Part shown: positions 60,311 to 64,000 of the stretch, one piece after another
Layout: each line of letters begins with the position of its first letter
How positions within the stretch are numbered: the first letter of the stretch is position 1
NCBI GenBank assembly: GCA_905178155.1
Contig: CAJINV010000001.1
Span: forward strand, 13,429,712-13,493,711
Direction of reading: 5' to 3'
Source of the DNA: Amoebophrya sp. A120
Lineage: Eukaryota > Protista > Dinoflagellata
Length of the DNA: 64,000 nt
Made by a program: the position numbers and the translations under genes
The notes under the pieces: generated by a model
The model's database searches: none
What the model was told of the DNA's origin: nothing
The model's input: the letters and a program-made list of their open reading frames with translations, nothing else

Positions 60311-63280
60311 TCACACGGACTCCCCACTGTCAGACCTGGAGATCAGCAACGGCATGAGTTCCTCTACAAAAACGTGATCTGAGTAGCGTTCCCGGACCGT
60401 GGGACTGACTTGCACCAGCGCCGCGGTAACCAAATACATGCACCTTTTCTTCAATTGCACGTCGGCGTTTTCGTTGGTCCGCAGGCACAGCCCGATTTCT
60501 CGCAACAAGAAGAATTGCCACCCGAGCAGTGTGTCCGCCGGTGATTTCGCCGGCGGGTGGCCCGTCAAAAACGCAAATTCGCTATTGCGGAGCTCCATCT
60601 GCTCCTCGGGGGAAAAGTTCTGATGCCACATCGTCCGCAGAGCGCCGTACAGTTTTTTCAGTTCGGACACGGAAAACCGCAAAAACACGTTCTCGTCCAG
60701 ATCCACGGTTGCGTCGGTGAAAAAAGAACGAAAAACGTCCTTTGCCAAGTCCTGGATCTTCGTGCCGGTATCGTCTCTGCGAATGTCCGCGTAGGTGTAG
60801 TCCCAGGGCGCCTTTTCGTCCGAGGGCTGGAGCAGGTCCTCGGCGACTAAAGCGTCCACGAGTGTTTTCATGCTGGCTAGCACGTGCTCTGGCACCGCCT
60901 TCTTGCTGACCGGATGCACCAACTGCTGATTTAGCTGCAAGACCCGCTGCACGGTCTCCGCCGCGAACCCGCGGCAGACGCTTTTTTCTGGAACACGTTT
61001 GTTCTCAACACGATCGACCTCCGATGGTGGATCAGCATCTTCGTAGTAGGAAATTAGAAACTTCACCTCCACTGGCTTGGGAACCCGCCGGCTCTTGCCG
61101 TCCGCGTCTTCCTGCCAAATTTGCAGTTGCGAAATGGTGTCCATCGCATCGTCGCACTTCGTGTGGTCAAAGAAGGCAGGACCCACGAGGCCGCGGCAGC
61201 AAACGTATACCGGAAACAAGGGATGGGTCTGCAAATCGGCTGGCAGAAAAGACGCCGGGACGGAGAGCGGATGCGTTTTGTCGAATTTTGCCTCTTCTTG
61301 CTTGTAGCGGGTCAGGAAATCATTTTTATCCAGCCTAGTCGTACTCTCCTTCGTCCTGACCAGAACCACCCGGTCGTCCGCGGTGCCAAACCCGCGCCCA
61401 CGCCGCCGCAATGCTTCGTCGAAATCCCGTTGCTCAATCACGAGAGGAGTGCTGCCGCGATCTCCTCGACTAGCGGACTTCGGCCTGCGTTCTTGCGGCG
61501 GCGCCCGCACTGGCGCTGGAGCGAAGTTCCGAAAAACATGCGGAGACAACGGACGAGGCCGCGGGCGCGGGGGGCGCTGCTGCACGATGGAGGGCCGCAC
61601 CGGTTTGCGACTGGTCGCCGGCGACCGTGCTCCAAGTTCCGCCGCGGTCCGCGAGCTGGCTCGCGGAGTCATAACGGTGAGAAGGGGCACAAGTCTCGCG
61701 GTCGGCTCCCGGCTGCCCACGCTGTACAAACTCGGCGCCGAGGTGGCAGCTGCGGGATTCCTCTTTGATCTGCCAGTTGTGAAAGACCCACTCTGCTCGT
61801 CTTGCAGAAGGCCGACCTGCCCAAGCTCTCCCGAGTCAAGGAATGTAGTCTGCGCGGAGCTGCGCGGTGCAGCAAACGTGAACAACGGAGTGACAACGGT
61901 CTTGGGAGCGGCTGTGCCCTCCTGCTTCGGGGTACTACTAGTGACAGCTACCTCCACACTGCGTTCTGGCCGCGTCAGGACCTCGTCGTCCTCAACAGCC
62001 GCAGGCTCTTTCGTTTGTTCCCGCGTCGACAAGTCGGGTGGACTTCGAGCTGGTGCAATAGCCTGATCATTGCTCCCAATATTATGTGCAGGTGCAGTAT
62101 TATTTCCTGTCGTAACCACGATTTGATGTTCGAAGTCGGAGTACTGACGCGGAGATAGCGTTGCGACCGAGCCTTGTTCCAGTTCCGTGATGAAGTCCTG
62201 GTCGGTCGGTGAGGGCGGAGGGACCACGACGGGGTGGAACTTAGTTCCATCAGTTTCATCATCATTGTCAGGATGAAGCCCCTTCCTGCTACTCTCCGTG
62301 TTCTTGACCGAGGTGGAAATTGGTGTTTTCGTTGGCAATGGTGGCGTGTCCTGGACCGCAGCCCGTAAGTCTGGGGCGCTTTGCTTCGTCAGTGTTGATG
62401 TCCCTGGATGTTCGACCGGCGCTGCCGCGGTTTTTCCAGGTGAATCCTCGTTGGTCGCTTCCTCTTTCGGCCCGGGTCCCGACAGCAGCGAGAACTGTGT
62501 GGAGTTTCTGCCGGTTATGTCGTGGAACAGCAACCCCCTTGGCAACTTCGGATCCGGCGGTGGCGCCCATCCAATCCGGCGGTCCGGCAAAAACCGGGTT
62601 GGCACGGGTCGCGCACGCGCGTAAACCTGCCGCAGCTCTGGCGGTGGAAAGGACCGGTCCGCAGACATCGTCCGGCTGCCCGAGGGTGGCAGCGGCCTGT
62701 GCAGTGCCGGCTGGTGCGCCAAGCGTTCGCGACCGCGGCTCGAAACACCGCTCATGCTGCTATTTCTGGCCGCTCCAGCAGTACCCGCCGGAGTAGACGT
62801 AATCGCTAGCGGAGTGATGTTCCGAGGGGTTATCGGCGGTCGCGCTTGGCCTGGCCTCGGGGTCAGGTTTCGCAACACCGCTCGCGACTGCGCAACCCGG
62901 GACTCGACGAAGCCACGCGCAGTCAGCGGCCGTCGACGGTCCTGCGGGGTAACCGCCGAAGCCGCCCGACGCCGCGCCCGCGGGGTGGACTGCTCGGGAG
63001 AAGGTGGCCCATACGATGAAGTTACACTGGTTGTGCCTCCATAAACATAATGATCCTCTCCGAAGCTCGAAACATTCGTGAAACTCGCGGCAGAAGTGAG
63101 CTGGATCTTTATGCGGTTCAACGACGGATGCACCCGCGGGTTTTCGATGCTGTGCAAGGCGTAGTCTGTGCGGATGCGAATCGCGGGTACTGGCAGCAGC
63201 TTCGGGTCCACCGCTTGACTCTGCTCGGCGGCCGTCGTGGTCTCTTTATCCGCTCCGAACAGTTGCTCGAAAAAACTCAT
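60311..63280 (-). CDS. 989-aa intronless protein: disordered N-terminus plus a ~300-aa C-terminal domain resembling a conserved giant-virus (NCLDV) hypothetical family
   Basis: Long ATG ORF with RGLVGPAFFDHTKCDDAMDTIS, LISYYE, HPVSKKAVP, AKDVFRSF, LKKLYGALRTMW and MYLVTAALVQVS. The family assignment is from memory. Confidence 0.7.
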   Translation of the reverse strand: MSFFEQLFGADKETTTAAEQSQAVDPKLLPVPAIRIRTDYALHSIENPRVHPSLNRIKIQLTSAASFTNVSSFGEDHYVYGGTTSVTSSYGPPSPEQSTPRARRRAASAVTPQDRRRPLTARGFVESRVAQSRAVLRNLTPRPGQARPPITPRNITPLAITSTPAGTAGAARNSSMSGVSSRGRERLAHQPALHRPLPPSGSRTMSADRSFPPPELRQVYARARPVPTRFLPDRRIGWAPPPDPKLPRGLLFHDITGRNSTQFSLLSGPGPKEEATNEDSPGKTAAAPVEHPGTSTLTKQSAPDLRAAVQDTPPLPTKTPISTSVKNTESSRKGLHPDNDDETDGTKFHPVVVPPPSPTDQDFITELEQGSVATLSPRQYSDFEHQIVVTTGNNTAPAHNIGSNDQAIAPARSPPDLSTREQTKEPAAVEDDEVLTRPERSVEVAVTSSTPKQEGTAAPKTVVTPLFTFAAPRSSAQTTFLDSGELGQVGLLQDEQSGSFTTGRSKRNPAAATSAPSLYSVGSREPTARLVPLLTVMTPRASSRTAAELGARSPATSRKPVRPSIVQQRPPRPRPRPLSPHVFRNFAPAPVRAPPQERRPKSASRGDRGSTPLVIEQRDFDEALRRRGRGFGTADDRVVLVRTKESTTRLDKNDFLTRYKQEEAKFDKTHPLSVPASFLPADLQTHPLFPVYVCCRGLVGPAFFDHTKCDDAMDTISQLQIWQEDADGKSRRVPKPVEVKFLISYYEDADPPSEVDRVENKRVPEKSVCRGFAAETVQRVLQLNQQLVHPVSKKAVPEHVLASMKTLVDALVAEDLLQPSDEKAPWDYTYADIRRDDTGTKIQDLAKDVFRSFFTDATVDLDENVFLRFSVSELKKLYGALRTMWHQNFSPEEQMELRNSEFAFLTGHPPAKSPADTLLGWQFFLLREIGLCLRTNENADVQLKKRCMYLVTAALVQVSPTVRERYSDHVFVEELMPLLISRSDSGESV

Positions 63281-64000
63281 GTCTATTTCCGCAAAGGATA
63301 AGGAAAACTAGCAGGATGAAAATGTTGAAATTGAAAGAGAGGTACGAATAAACGTCGCAGATATTGCACTCAGAACCGTGAACAGAAAAGACAAATTCCT
63401 CACAAGGCCGTCTACTCAATACAGAAAAAACATACAGAGCCCAAACGTCAAGAAGGTAACACTTACGTTAAGGACTATGTGATTGAATATCTTCTTCTTT
63501 CTACTACACAATGCTAATTACACATTCTACACGAAAAATGCGTACCGAAATGCGGGCACGGGGAAGCCCCCCGCGAATGGAGTCCTGCAATAGCAACAGA
63601 ATTAGAGCGCTGTTCACGACGAGAACTTCTTTCTCTTTTCTGACCGAATCTACTATTGGCATGTTCTCGAGTGGCCGTGCATAGCCATGTCGCAGCACTG
63701 CGTTGTAACAACCGAACAAAAACCGAGCATCTTCTTTTTTCCTTCGAGTTCGATTCGATCACTGATGCAGCGAAGCTAAATCAAAGTACCGATTTCTGAC
63801 AGAGAAAAATTAACATCTTGATCTTTCCGCACGGTCCGTCCATGCAACATAACCTATCGAACACGATCCGGCAACGAACGTCTCAGAAACTTCCTGTTCG
63901 CTGCCTCGAGCTGTCTCAGATACAAATTACAAGAAGTAGTTTTGGCAGATAAAATCAAATGCAATCCGCCTCGGGTTCGGCATACGAGCTCGGCTGCTCA

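Overview
Eukaryotic, intron-containing nuclear DNA. Every credible gene lies on the minus strand, forming one unidirectional cluster across the whole 64 kb. Gene content, co-orientation, short GTAY..AG introns and inverted-repeat/direct-repeat non-canonical introns point to a dinoflagellate-lineage alveolate, most likely a syndinian parasite such as Amoebophrya (inferred, not database-confirmed). Recognisable genes: a catalytically dead calpain-like EF-hand protein, kinesin-3 (FHA), kinesin-1, a divergent Rab GTPase, an NCKX-type Ca2+/cation exchanger, ESCRT-III Snf7/CHMP4, a WDR6/Trm734-like WD40 protein, a secreted trypsin-fold pseudoprotease, an OHA/LOTUS protein, and an intronless gene whose C-terminus resembles a giant-virus protein family. 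The main signal is five 210-322 bp MITE-like elements inside coding regions. All have symmetric TAT-N7-(A/G/C)AAAA ends and 5-bp target duplications. In the four testable genes, removing element plus one duplication restores the reading frame; only one of the five can be read as GC-AG and none as GT-AG. Two element families each occur in both orientations inside same-strand genes, which implies orientation-independent excision. All gene models were built by hand and are unverified by RNA data.
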